A stretch of DNA of 64,000 nucleotides from Octopus vulgaris (taxonomy: Eukaryota): assembly GCA_951406725.2 (NCBI GenBank), contig OX597837.1, positions 37,200,001-37,264,000 of the forward strand. The letters run 5' to 3'. This document shows, one piece after another, positions 36,838 to 49,510 of the stretch. The stretch's first letter is position 1. Each line of letters opens with the position of its first letter. Below the pieces are notes generated by a model that made no database searches, was not told where the DNA came from, and saw only the letters and a program-made list of their open reading frames with translations. Position numbers and translations under genes: made by a program.

Positions 36838-38528
36838 AAGCAGATGACTACAACCACATCAATGTCACTGAGTTGGATGCAGTGCTGACAGGAGTGAATT
36901 TGGCCTTGAAATGGGGGCTGCACTCCATCGAAATCCAGATGGATTTGGCCACTGTGTTTGTCTGGGTAGGATTGATGATCAATGATGAGAAGAGGGTGCG
37001 AACCGAAGGGGCTTCAGAAATGTTAGTGAGGCACCGCCTAGGGGTTCTAGGAGAGCTGATTGGCAAGCTCAGCCTGAAGGTGGACATGGTCTTTGTGCCT
37101 TCAGAGAGAAACAAGGTAGACGTTCTAACCAGGGTAAAAAAAAACCTGGTTAGGGGAGCCAAAAGAACTGAAGTAAGGGGTAGCTGTAGTGTGTCAGTTA
37201 AATGATCCAAGCTAAGGAGACTGCATGCCATACATCCTATGGGCATAGAGAGGACCCTGTATCTTGCCAGGAGGATTGATGCTGATGTTACTAGATGGAG
37301 CATCGAAAAGGTGATCAGGAACTGTGATAGGGGTCGATCCATCAACCCTGTTCCAGGTGTGCATGAGCAGGGAAACATTTTGGTAGAGCACAACTGGAGG
37401 CGATTAGCAGTGGATGTGACACAGTACCATCAGGGGATGTATCTCTCGATGGTTGACTTTGGGCCAGGGTGGATGGCCATTTGGAGGGATTTGAGGGCAG
37501 GCACTGCGGACGAGCTGGCACGTACTCTAAATGAACTATTCTGAGAGTGGGACCCTGTGGACGAAATTGCTGATGGACAACGGCACAGTGTTGAAGGCGG
37601 CGAGCTGGCAGAATCGTTAGCACGCCGGGCGATATGCGTAGCCATTATTTCGTCTGCCGTTATGGTCTGAGTTCAAATTCCGCCGAGGTCGACTTTGCCT
37701 TTCATCCTTTCGGGGTCGATAATATTAAGTACCAGTTACGCACTGAGGTCGATATAATCGACTTAATCTGTTTGTCTGTCCTTGTTTGTCCTCTCTGTGT
37801 TTAGCCCCTTGTGGGTAGTAAAGAAATAGGTATTTTGTCTGCCGTTACGTTCTGAGTTCAAATTCCGCCGAGGTCGACTTTGCCGTTCATCCTTTCGGGG
37901 TCGATTAAATAAGTACCAGTTACGCACTGGGGTCGATATAATCGACTTAATCCGTTTGTCTGTCCTTGTTTGCCCTCTCTGTGTTTTGCCCCTTGTGGGT
38001 AGTAAAGAAATAGGTATGCTGCACAATTCTGTGGAACAGAGGAATACAATTCCAAAAACAACATTTCTATGGATGGAATGCCACATTATATCTTCGTTGG
38101 ATGATGGTTGTGGAGAAGAGGAAGAGAATGAGGTTCCCAGCTTAAGAAGATCGCAATATGCAAGGGGCCCGCCTGGGGGGTGGGGGGTAGATTTCGACTT
38201 GGAGTGAAATGAGGAGGTGAACTTTGAGACTAGTGGAGTGTGTGGGGATGAGCCTGAAGAAGAGGGTCATGACGTCAATGGTCAAGGGTCTGACCGGAAG
38301 AGGAAGCGCGAGAGGGGAAGTGAGAGGAGAGAGGTGAACGTCGGCGTCTTTTTGCCTGCCCGAGGCCTCGTAGGCGGACGTCGAGGAATTCGCTCCCGGG
38401 TTTGTCAGGTAGCAGTCACTTTTACTGGGTGGCAGGTGTAGGGCAGGATTGCTGGAGAGATTACTACTAGATGGGCGTTGGCGAGAGAGGAAGGTAAGTA
38501 AAACTTCTGTAATTTCTCATGCATGACA
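36838..38528 (+). mobile_element. Decayed Gypsy-like LTR retrotransposon (RNase H-like/integrase fragment and probable 3' LTR 38241-38528), interrupted by SINE B at 37594-38015
   Basis: HINVTELDAVLTGVNLALKWG, VPSERNKVDVLTR, HPMGIERTLYLA...C..., WRRLAVDVT...YLSMVDFGP (integrase HHCC/DDE-like). Candidate LTR starts TGT at 38241 and ends ACA at 38528. Confidence 0.75.
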
Positions 38529-39090
38529 GGGTTTTTACCATAAAAATGTAGGTAAAGATAAGAAAACGAGGTTGTAAACAAAATGAAAGCAATGGATGAG
38601 TTAATACAGAGAAAGAAAGAAAGAGAGAGTGAAAGAAAGAGAGAAAGAAAGAAAGATAGAGAGAAGGAAAGATAGAGAGAGAAAGAAACAGAAAGAGAGA
38701 GAGAAAGAAAGAAAAACAGAGAGATAGAGAGAGAGAAAGAAAGATAGAGAGAAAAACAGAGAGAAAGAGAGAGAGAGAAAGAGAAAGAAAGATAAAGAGA
38801 GAAAGAAAGAGAGAGAGAGAGAGACGGAGTGTGGTAAATATATAGAGAGAGATAGAGTGAACGTATCATATAGAGAATGGAGAAGTTGTTATTCTTCCTA
38901 GTAAATTATATTTCTTTCATTATTATTTACACATGTCAAAAATCTTTGGAACACAGGACAAAAATCAAATTCGTTTTTTTCTAGATGCCCTGATTCAGAG
39001 CACTTCATTGTTAAACCCACACAACCACATAACATTCGCATTTATGCAGAAGAATATATACACATAGTTATATATACGTAAATATATACA

Positions 39091-39259
39091 CGTGGTCGCT
39101 GAAATGTTCCTGGCTTTTTCGATAAAAGAAGATACTGGAAGATCAGTTAATTATGGGTTTATCCAGTTTTTCTAAGCCCCGTAGAAGAACTCGGAAGGTT
39201 GGGTCTCCAACTAGGCCTTTCCTGATATCCTTAAAACCAGGAACTTTTCAGCACCCCTC

Positions 39260-39260
<1 letters not shown>
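39091..39260. mobile_element. Mariner-type MITE
   Basis: TIRs cgtggtcgctgaaatgttcctggcttt / aaaaccaggaacttttcagcacccctcg in TA-rich context. Confidence 0.7.
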
Positions 39261-39320
<60 letters not shown>

Positions 39321-39471
39321 TAGTTGAATGAATTATCCTAGTATGGATAATTCGGTTAACCGATACCTGGGTAGCAAATTCACGTCAGAAAAACACGGTT
39401 GAAGCTACATGCCAAGGGCAGAGATCACGTGCTTTCGTGTGGAAATTTGTGGCTGACATAAGTCCCTTGTC

Positions 39472-39552
39472 TTTCCTGATGAGAAGACGGCATAATGCAC
39501 CCCTTATTCTTTCGAAATTAGGAATATGCAGCCTTCGAAACATATGTCGAGA
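39472..39552 (+). ncRNA. Candidate minimal type I hammerhead ribozyme (Penelope-like element type)
   Basis: tttc-CTGATGA-gaagacggcata...tatgcagccttc-GAAA-catatg-TC-gaga. Intact core, stem II of about 12 bp with two mismatches, palindromic helix III (ACATATGT), GUC triplet at 39546-39548, short stem I (UUUC/GAGA). Confidence 0.65.
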
Positions 39553-40097
39553 ATAAAGGAATTTTGTTAAATCGTCGTTCAACTCCATTCTTTCATTTAT
39601 TTATATATATATATATACTTTATAATTAGGGTTCAGCAAAGATTTGCTTCACCACATACCGAAGTTTAGAAATAGCAGTCAAAAAATCTTAGCTATTCCT
39701 TCTACTTTAAAAGGGGCTCCCAGAAAAACCAAAGTACTTGAAAACAATCCACGTAGGCAAAAGGGAAAAATAACGAAAATCAATCGATATTAGGTTACCC
39801 ACGTACGCGCGTATATATATATTTTGGACGTAACTTCGGTATAAGTGCCGGAAGTACCAGCTACATTTCAAGAAAGTGTTTTTTTTTATATATATATGGG
39901 AGGTTAGGGTTAGGGTTTGTGTTGGGGTTAGGGGTGGGAAAAAAGGGTTTCTGTTATCTTCAGAAATGTAAACAAAGTCACATGTGTACTTATACCGAAG
40001 GATTGCCATATTATGATATATATATATATATATATATATATATCATAATGATGTTGATAAATATTTATATCTATCTATCTTTCTATCTATTTGTCTG

Positions 40098-40143
<46 letters not shown>

Positions 40144-40249
40144 CATTTGTTTGTCTATCTATCTATCTATATCTATATATTTCTATCTATATCTATCTGT
40201 CTGTCTGTCTGTCTGTCTGTCTATTTCTATCTATCAATCTACCTATCTG

Positions 40250-40317
<68 letters not shown>

Positions 40318-40342
40318 ATCTATCTATCTATTTCTATCTATC

Positions 40343-40382
<40 letters not shown>

Positions 40383-41275
40383 GCCTCTCTTTCTGTCCGT
40401 GTGTGTGTTTGTGTGTGCGGACACACAAAGTATTGTTTGTCAGTATTTTCCGATATTCAAGCTGGGTGTTTTTTTATTACAAAGGTATGTGGTTTGGTGA
40501 ACTCTGTAAAAACACCTACAGAGCTTCTTATGTTTCACGCTGGAGTGACTTTGAATGAGCAATAACAACAATGGCACAGACTGTGACGCAGCACCAATGG
40601 ATGGTGCCAACCTCAATGACAAGTCGGATGTAGCTTATGAACAACAATATTAACTACAACAGCACCAACATCAGCAATACTACGACGACCACCACCACCA
40701 ACTACAACAACAACAAGTGATAAAACTATCGGTAACAACAACAACAATAATAATAATGATGATGATAAGAGATGGCATAGGAGTGGCTGTGTGGTAAGTA
40801 GCTTGCTTACCAACCACATGGTTCCGGGTTCAGTCCCACTGCGTGGCACCTTGGGCAGGTGTCTTCTAGTATAGTCTCGGGCCGACCAAAGCCTTGTGAG
40901 CGGATTTGATAGACGGAAACTAAGCCCGTCGTATATATGTATATATATATATATGTGTGTGTATACGTTTGTGTGTCTGTGTTTGTCCCCCCAACATCGC
41001 TTGACAACCGATGCTGGTGTGTTTTCAGCCCCTGTAACTTAGCGGTTCGACAAAAAAGACTGATAGAATAAGTACTAGGCTTACAAAGAATAAGTCCTGG
41101 GGTTGATTTGCTCGACTAAAGGCGGTGCTCCAGCATGGCCACAGTCAAATGACTGAAACAAGTAAAAGAGTAAAGAGTGTTGTTGTGAGGTCACTTGTGG
41201 CCAGCAGAAGGTAATTAACGATCGTGGGAGACATTCAACCTCCAAGTACCAACCTCAAAATCCTAACTCTCCCCA

Positions 41276-41314
<39 letters not shown>

Positions 41315-41520
41315 CATTGAGTGAGAGAGCAGTGCATGCCATCAAAGTGACACTGGGGTAAAATATACGAAGCCCAGTTTACCCCTCATGACTACCCGTC
41401 TGATAAGGGTACATCAGGCACATGCATCACAACCATATGTGCGTGACATGGTGATCTCATATCAAGATAAACAGCACATGACCTTGCAGGTGGTGCCTAG
41501 TTAGAATTTTCTTCTGGTCG

Positions 41521-41561
<41 letters not shown>

Positions 41562-41698
41562 GGGGACAGTTAGGATTTTGAGATTGGTACTTGGAGGTTG
41601 AATGTCTCCCACGATAATTAATTACCTACTGCTGACCACAAGTGACCACACAACAACACTGATCACCATCTCTTATTATTCTTAGGCAGTTGGAAGAA

Positions 41699-41729
<31 letters not shown>

Positions 41730-42092
41730 GTAAATATAAGGACCTGGAAATCAAAATACAAAAGATGTGGAATCTTAAAACAAAAACTGTTCCTGTTATT
41801 GTAGGTGCCCTAGGTATGATAAAAAAGGGATGTCAGAAACACCTAGACAATATCCCTGGAGAACCATGTCTCAAGGAAATCCAAAAGATTGTGCTAACAA
41901 GTACTGCCCACATCCTTAGAAAAACCCTATCAATGTAAATGTTTGTGTTTGCATTACATGGAGATATATCTCTACTTCTCCTCCCCAAGCTTTCAGCTAT
42001 ATTTCAACAACTCTTAACCTTCATTTGCCCTAGGGCGCTGGGTGTGCCCCGGCAAGTGATTGCATCAAACATGCAGATTAAAAGTAAATGAC
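41730..42092 (+). mobile_element. Dong/R4-like site-specific non-LTR retrotransposon 3' end inserted in (TAA)n
   Basis: KYKDLEIKIQKMWNLKTKTVPVIVGALG...EIQKIVLTSTAHILRKTL, the C-terminus of a restriction-like endonuclease element; (AAT)n on both sides. Confidence 0.85.
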
Positions 42093-42636
42093 AATAATAA
42101 TAATAATCCCTTCTACTAAATGCACAAGGCCTGAAATTTCGGGGGAGGGGTTATGTCGATTATATTAACCCCAGTGTTTCACAGGCACTTAAATTATCGA
42201 CCCCGTGACGATGAAAGGCGAAGTCGACTTTGGGAGAATTTGAACTCAGAACGTAGCGACGAGCGAAATACTGCTAAGAATTTTGTGCAGCGTGTTAAAG
42301 AAGAACAATAATAGCAACAGCAACAACATATGGCATGGCTCTCCAGCAGCTTACAATCAATGGAACAGCCTGCTCCTGAAATTAACACACAAGTGGTTGA
42401 ATGCTCCACTGACACATGAGCCCTTACTCTTTACTCTTTTACTTGTTTCAGTCATTTGACTGCGGCCATGCTGGAGCACCGCCTTTAGTCGAGCAAATCG
42501 ACCCCGGGACTTATTCTTTTGTAAGCCCAGTACTTATTCTATCGGTCTCTTTTTGCCGAACCGCTAAGTGACGGGGATGTAAACACACCAGCATCGGTTG
42601 TCAAGCAATGCTAGGGGGACAAACACAGACACACAA

Positions 42637-42677
<41 letters not shown>

Positions 42678-43054
42678 CATATATACGACAGGCTTCTTTC
42701 AGTTTCCGTCTACCAAATCCACTCACAAGGCATTGGTCGGCCCGGGGCTATAGCAGAAGACACTTGCCCAAGGTGCCACGCAGTGGGACTGAACCCGGAA
42801 CCACGTGGTTTGTAAGCAAGCTACTTACCACACAGCCACTCCTGCGCCTTCTTAATGTAGTTCTCCGGGTGATCCAGTGTGACACACGGAATGGGACGAG
42901 GCCGGCCCTTTTGTATTACAGGGACAACTGGTTTTTGCCAGCTGGTGTAGACTTGGAGCAACGTGAAATAGAGTGTCTTGCTCAAGGACACAGTGTTCCA
43001 TCAGAAATCGAACTCACGACCTTAGAAGCAACAACGTATAAGTAGGGGTCTTAC

Positions 43055-43144
43055 TTGGCTGCGACGAGGGTTGATATCCGGGATGACAGGACTTCAGTTT
43101 CTCGGAACATGACTCGCAGAATTTCCAAAACTAGGCACAACAGA
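43055..43144 (-). CDS. C12orf56: C12orf56-like exon (LLCLVLEILRVMFRETEVLSSRISTLVAA)
   Basis: Acceptor ttcttcttctattccag|T, donor AA|gtaaga; 90 nt, phase 2 to 2. MFRETE...SR..TL.A motif as recalled for C12orf56. Confidence 0.87.
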
Positions 43145-43196
43145 CTGGAATAGAAGAAGAAAGAATATGCATGGTGGTGGTCGTGGTCTCGTTTAG

Positions 43197-43366
43197 CATC
43201 ATCATCATCACCATCACCGTCATCATCATTATCGTCATCATCATCGTTATTGTCAGTCATTGTCATCATCACCATCATCATCACCATCATCATCACCATC
43301 ATCATCACCATCATCATCATCACCACCACCATCATCATTATCGTAATCATTGTCATCGTCATCATC

Positions 43367-43398
<32 letters not shown>

Positions 43399-44590
43399 CA
43401 TCACCATCATCATCATCACCACCACCATCATCATTATCGTCATCATCATCGTTATTGTCAGTCATTGTCATCATCACTATCATCATCATCATCATCATCA
43501 TCACCACCACCATCATCATTATCGTAATCATCGTCGTTGTCATCATCACCATCATCGACATCATCATCATCATCATTATCGTAATCATCATCATCGTTAT
43601 TGTCATTGTCATCATCATCATCATCATCGTCATTGTCATCATCATCATTATCGTAATCATCGTGATCGTCATCCCATCATCATCATCATCATCATTATCG
43701 TAATCATCTCCATTGTCAACATCATCATCATTATTGTCATCATCATCACCACTACCATAACCCCCACCCCCATGATTATGACAGTCATCATCACCTCAAC
43801 TGTCTCTCCAATGCTGCTGCTGCGGCTGCTGCTACTTCCAGCACCACTTCCAACAACAGCAACAACAACAACACCACTACCACCAACGTAATAGTGGGTA
43901 CCCCCCTCCTCCCAACCAACAACAAAAAGTACCACAAAAACTGCTACTACCACTGTCACCAACACTACTACCACCACCACCACCACCATCCTCAACACCA
44001 CCACAACTACTACCACCACCACCACCACCATCCTCAACACCACCACAACTACTACCACCACCACCATCCCACAACACCACCACTACTACCACCACCACCA
44101 CCACCACCATCATCTCAACACCACCACAACTACTACCACCACCACCACCACCACCACCATCCTCAACACCACCACAACTACTACCACCACCACCACCACC
44201 ATCCTCAACACCACCACAACTACTACCACCACCACCACCACAATCCACAACTACTACCACCACCACCACCACCACCACCATCCACAACTACTACCACAAC
44301 TACTACCACCACCATCCACAACTACTACCACCACCATCCACAACTACTACCACCACCACCACCACCATCCACAACTACTACCATCACCACCACCACCACC
44401 ACCACCATCCACAACTACTACCACCACCACCACCACCACCATCCACAACTACTACCACCACCATCCACAACTACTACCACCACCACCACCACCATCCACA
44501 ACTACTACCACCACAACCACCACCACCACCACCACCATCCTCAACACCACCACAATTACTACTACCACCACTACCACCATCCTCACCACC
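43197..44590. repeat. (CAT)n and (CAC/CAA/TAC)n trinucleotide repeats with higher-order units
   Basis: Direct reading; recurring unit CATCCTCAACACCACCACAACTACTACCACC. Confidence 0.95.
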
Positions 44591-45553
44591 ACTGCTGCTG
44601 CCACCTACAGGATATAACAAGGGTGTATATTGTGTATAAGAATTCATTGTATATATACACAATTCTTTGGGAAGTGCTCTGGTGAGATTATTCACGGGTT
44701 TAAATTCTTTTGTACCCAGGTGGAAAAACCTTCAACCGACAACACCTGGAAAATCTGAAAGAAATTTGCCCCCACCCTGCAACACACCTTTGTGCCACCT
44801 TCTTTGTAATACACTGCACCTTATCTTAACAGGAAGACTTAATAGCCAATGCAATGATTTAGTTTTTGTTTCTTTGACAAGGAACTAAACAAGTTTAGAA
44901 AGTTTGGGCTGCGACTGTGGCTGTGTGGGAAGCAGCTTGCTTCACAACCACATGGTTCTGGGTTCAATCCCACTGCGTGACACCTTGGGCAAGTGTCTTC
45001 TACTATAGCCTTGGGCCGACCAAAGCCTTGTGAGTGGATTTGGTAGATGGAAACTAAAAGAAGCCCACGTTTTGTGTATATATATAGGTGTAGGTGTGGC
45101 TGTGTGGGAAGCAGCTTGCTTCACAACCACATGGTTCTGGGTTCAATCCCACTGCGTGACACCTTGGGCAAGTGTCTTCTACTATAGCCTTGGGCCAACC
45201 AAAGCTTTGTGAGTGGATTTGGTAGACAGAGACTGAAACAAGCTCATCGTATATATGTATGTATATTTATATACACTCATATATACATACACACATATAT
45301 AGATAGATAGATTGATATATAATAGGTACTGGTGTGGCTGTGCAGTATGAAGCTTGCTTCCCAACCACATAGTTCCGGGTTCAGTCCCATTGCGTGGCAC
45401 CTTGGGCAAGTGTCTTCTAATAAAGCCTCGGGCTGACCAAAGCCTTGTGAGTGGATTTGGTAGACAGAAACTGAAAGAAGCCTCTAATATATATATATAC
45501 ATACACATATGACAGGCTATTTGGTGGACGGAAACTGAAAGAAACCTGTTGTG

Positions 45554-45586
<33 letters not shown>

Positions 45587-46759
45587 GACAGGCTTCTTTC
45601 AGTTTCCATCTACCAAATCCTCTCACAAGGCTTTTATCAGCCTGAGGCTAGACTAGAAGACACTTAATTAAATTAAACAATGACTTTAAAACACTAATGA
45701 TCCACTTCTCATTGTTAATTATTGCTCCATTTCTTATCGTCTCTCTATATATTAAACCATGGTTTTACCTTCAAATTACCTACTTATAACGAGAAGAATA
45801 TATACTGAGGTAATACACCAGGAGTGCCTACGGATACATCTATACATTGAATAACCTCTAACTTATACCTTACTTATGTATATATATTTGTGTGTCTGTG
45901 TTTGTCCCGCGCACCATCGCTTGACAACCAATGCTGGTGTGTTTAAGTCACCATAACTTAGGCACTTAGTGAAAGAGACCAATAGAATATGTACCAGGCT
46001 TACAAAAAAAGCTCAGGGGGTCAATTTCTTCAACTAAAAGGCAGTGCTCCAGCATGGACACAGTCAAAATGACTGAAACAAGTAAAAGAATAAAAGAATA
46101 TATTATGTGTGTGTGTGTGGTTTGTCTTGAACCACTGCTTCACAACTGGCGATGGTGTGTTTACATCCTGGTAACTTAGCAGTTCATCCTAAGGGATCGA
46201 TAGAATAAATACCAGCCTTAATAAAACAATCCTAGGGTCAATGGGTCAATTTCTTCAGCTAAAACCCTTCGAGGTGGTACTCCATCATGGCCACAGTCAT
46301 ATGACTGAAACAAGTGAAAAAAAAGATAAAAGATATATATACATATATATACAAGTAAAATTAATAGGCGCAAGAGTGGCTGTGTGGTAAGTAGCTTGCC
46401 TACCAACCACATGGTTCCGGGTTCAGTCCCACTGCATGGCACCTTGGGCAAGTGTCTTCTACTATAACCTCAGGCCGACCAAAGCCTTGTCAGTGGATTT
46501 GGTAGACGGAAACTAAAAGAAGCCTGTCGTATATATGTGTGTGTGTGTGTTTGTCCCCCTAGCATTGCTTGACAACCGATGCTGGTGTGTTTACGTCCCC
46601 GTAACTTAGCGGTTCGGCAAAAGAGACCGATAAAATAAGTACTGGGCTTACAAAGAATAAGTCCCGGGGACAATTTGCTCAACTAAAGGCGGTGCTCCAG
46701 CATGGCCGCAGTCAAATGACTGAAACAAGTAAAAGAGTAAAGAGTATACATATACACGT

Positions 46760-47015
46760 GGAGGTGCAATGGCCCAGTGGTTAGGGCAGCAGACTCGTGG
46801 TTTCGATTCCCAGACCAGGAGTTGTGAGTGTTTATTGAGCGGCAGGGGGCGGTGGCAAACCCTGCTGTACTCTTTCACCACAACTTTCTCTCACTCTTTC
46901 TTCTGTTGGCCTGCTCGCTTAGCCAGCGGGGTGGCGTCATTTGAAGGCTAAAAGAATGTGCAGCACATTGTGACCAGTGATGTGTAACAACATCTGATAG
47001 CCTGGTCGGTGGCGG
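46760..47015 (+). mobile_element. tRNA-derived SINE (family E head plus alternative 3' module)
   Basis: Same head as 54102. The tail GGCCTGCTCGCTTAGCCAGCGGGG...CATCTGATAGCCTGGTCGGT also occurs inverted at about 2523-2627. Confidence 0.7.
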
Positions 47016-47077
47016 TGATATACACACAGACACACACACACATGTATAAATGTAGGTATGTATGTAGATATATATAG

Positions 47078-47111
<34 letters not shown>

Positions 47112-47657
47112 ATATATATATATATTATATATGTGTATATATATATATGTACATCTCTACATATATAAATCCACAATTTTTCAGTTAGAGGGCTCGCACT
47201 TTCTATGGTCATTCAAAACCGTCCAAGGGTGGTCGTGCACATCTTTACATTTCCCCAGTCACCCAGCAAAGCCATTAAAAAATCAATAGAAGTGACTTTT
47301 TTGCGAATTTTCTATCCAAAACCCTATCAAAATCCCGAAACTTGATACATCAATTGAATGCCAGCTAGCTGTATGTGATTGGTCGGAGATTTGGACAGTA
47401 CTCGCGTGTATGTGCGCACGCACGCAGCTGTATATATATGCATGCACTAGCACTATGATCCAGCGTTGCTGGGTCATAGTGCTATATATATATATATATA
47501 TATATATTATATTATATCTCATTATATTGATTGTAATTATTGTACTGTATTAATGTCTAATCTTAATGCTCTTGTGTAGTGTTTTAATAAAGTATATGAT
47601 TCGGTATTATCTGATAGTTGATGAATGATTTAGATATATTTCTCCATTTTCTTATTT

Positions 47658-47717
<60 letters not shown>

Positions 47718-48137
47718 CATATACAGTATGAAATTCTTCAAGGCACTGCTCCAGTATGACCACAGTCTCATGAATGAAAACAAATATTGGACAAAAGATG
47801 AAAAAATGAAATTTGAAAAACAAAATGCTGTTTTCGATTTTCTTAATTTTTAAGCAAATTTTTAAATTAAAAAATTTTATTTAAATTTAAAATATTTTTC
47901 AATTATTTTCAGTTTGCTAGTGTTTTTAGTTTATTCTTCTATTCTTTTACTTGTTTCAGTCATTTGACTGTGGCCATGCTGGAGCATCACCTTTAGTCAA
48001 ACAAAGTGACCCCAGGACTTATTTTTTTAAGCCTTGTACTTATTCTATCAGTTTCTTTTGCCGAACTGCTAAATTACGAGAATGTAAACATACCAACACT
48101 GCTTGTCAAGCAGTGAGGGGTGGTGCACAGACACAAA

Positions 48138-48183
<46 letters not shown>

Positions 48184-48451
48184 AGGGCCAGTTGTAGAAT
48201 CACTAAATATGTTTGTGCCATGGATTTTAAATTATTTTAAATGTCCTTGATTGTAAAATTCATGTATTCATCTGAAAAAAAATGTTTTTTATATAATATC
48301 AGGTACTCATTTATTAATTAAAAAATTCATTAGAAACGGCTGTAATTAATTGACACCTGTCCATCAATTGTTACTTATTTATATATATATATACACACAC
48401 ACATACATACATATATATATATACACACACACATATATGTGTATATATATA

Positions 48452-48494
<43 letters not shown>

Positions 48495-49252
48495 GCACAT
48501 ATATATATATATACATACACATGTATACATATATATATATACATACACACACACATATACACACACACACACACACATATATATATTTACACACACACAC
48601 ATACATATATACATGCTTACATACACTGTCTGCCTGACTGGCTCCTGTGCCAGTGGTACATAAAAAGCACTATCCAAACATGACCAATACCAGGGTCGCC
48701 TGACTGGCTCCTGTGCCGGTGGTTCATAAAAAGCACCCACTACACTCTTGATGTGGTTGGTGTTAGGAACGGCATCCAGCTGTAGAAACATTGACATTGC
48801 CAGATCAGATTGGAGCCTGGTACAGTCCACTAGCTTTCCAGACCTCAGTTGAACCATCCAACCCATGCCAGCATGGAAAGCAGACATTCAATGATGATGG
48901 TGATTTATATATGCATACATAAAGAGTATTATCCTCACATAGCAATTGTCTTCTGTAACCTATAAATATTTTAACCCTTTCGTTACTGTATTCATTTTGA
49001 GATGCTCTGTGTTTCTTTCAATTAATTTTAAATATAACAAAGAATTTAGTAAAATAACTTAGTTATCATTCAGCTAGTGTTAGGAACATAAATTGTGACT
49101 AAGGTTTGGTGGAAGATTTTAATTCAAAACTTATGAAAACAAGACATTTGTACTCAGATCCATGGCCGGTTTCAGCCAGGTTAGTAACAAAAGGGTTAAA
49201 GGCTTATCAGGGGTACAAATTACAAAAGATATGAAAATGAAACAACATCTAC

Positions 49253-49510
49253 CTCTGCAGTTTTTTGTCCTCATCTTTGCTATCACAGACGGTTCCCCCT
49301 CCACTCGACACAAATCCGGGAACATATTTACAAAGTATTCCAACCAAAAACATGAAAAGCTCCGGATCCTTCCAGAATAACTTCTTTATTGTAAAGCACG
49401 AGAGAGCAGACGTGTGTAGCCTTGAGCACAAAAAGAGTAACACATCAGAATAGTAGTTTTCACTGAGCAATTCTTGTTTTATTCGAACAAACAGGACTTC
49501 TGGCTGGACA
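49253..49510 (-). CDS. C12orf56: C12orf56-like exon (VQPEVLFVRIKQELL...IKKLFWKDPELFMFLVGILCKYVP...KKLQ)
   Basis: Strong acceptor ctttccttttctccaactgcag|T, donor AG|gtagat; 258 nt, phase 2 to 2. LFWKDPELFMFLV matches the recalled LFWKTSDLFYFLV motif. Confidence 0.85.
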
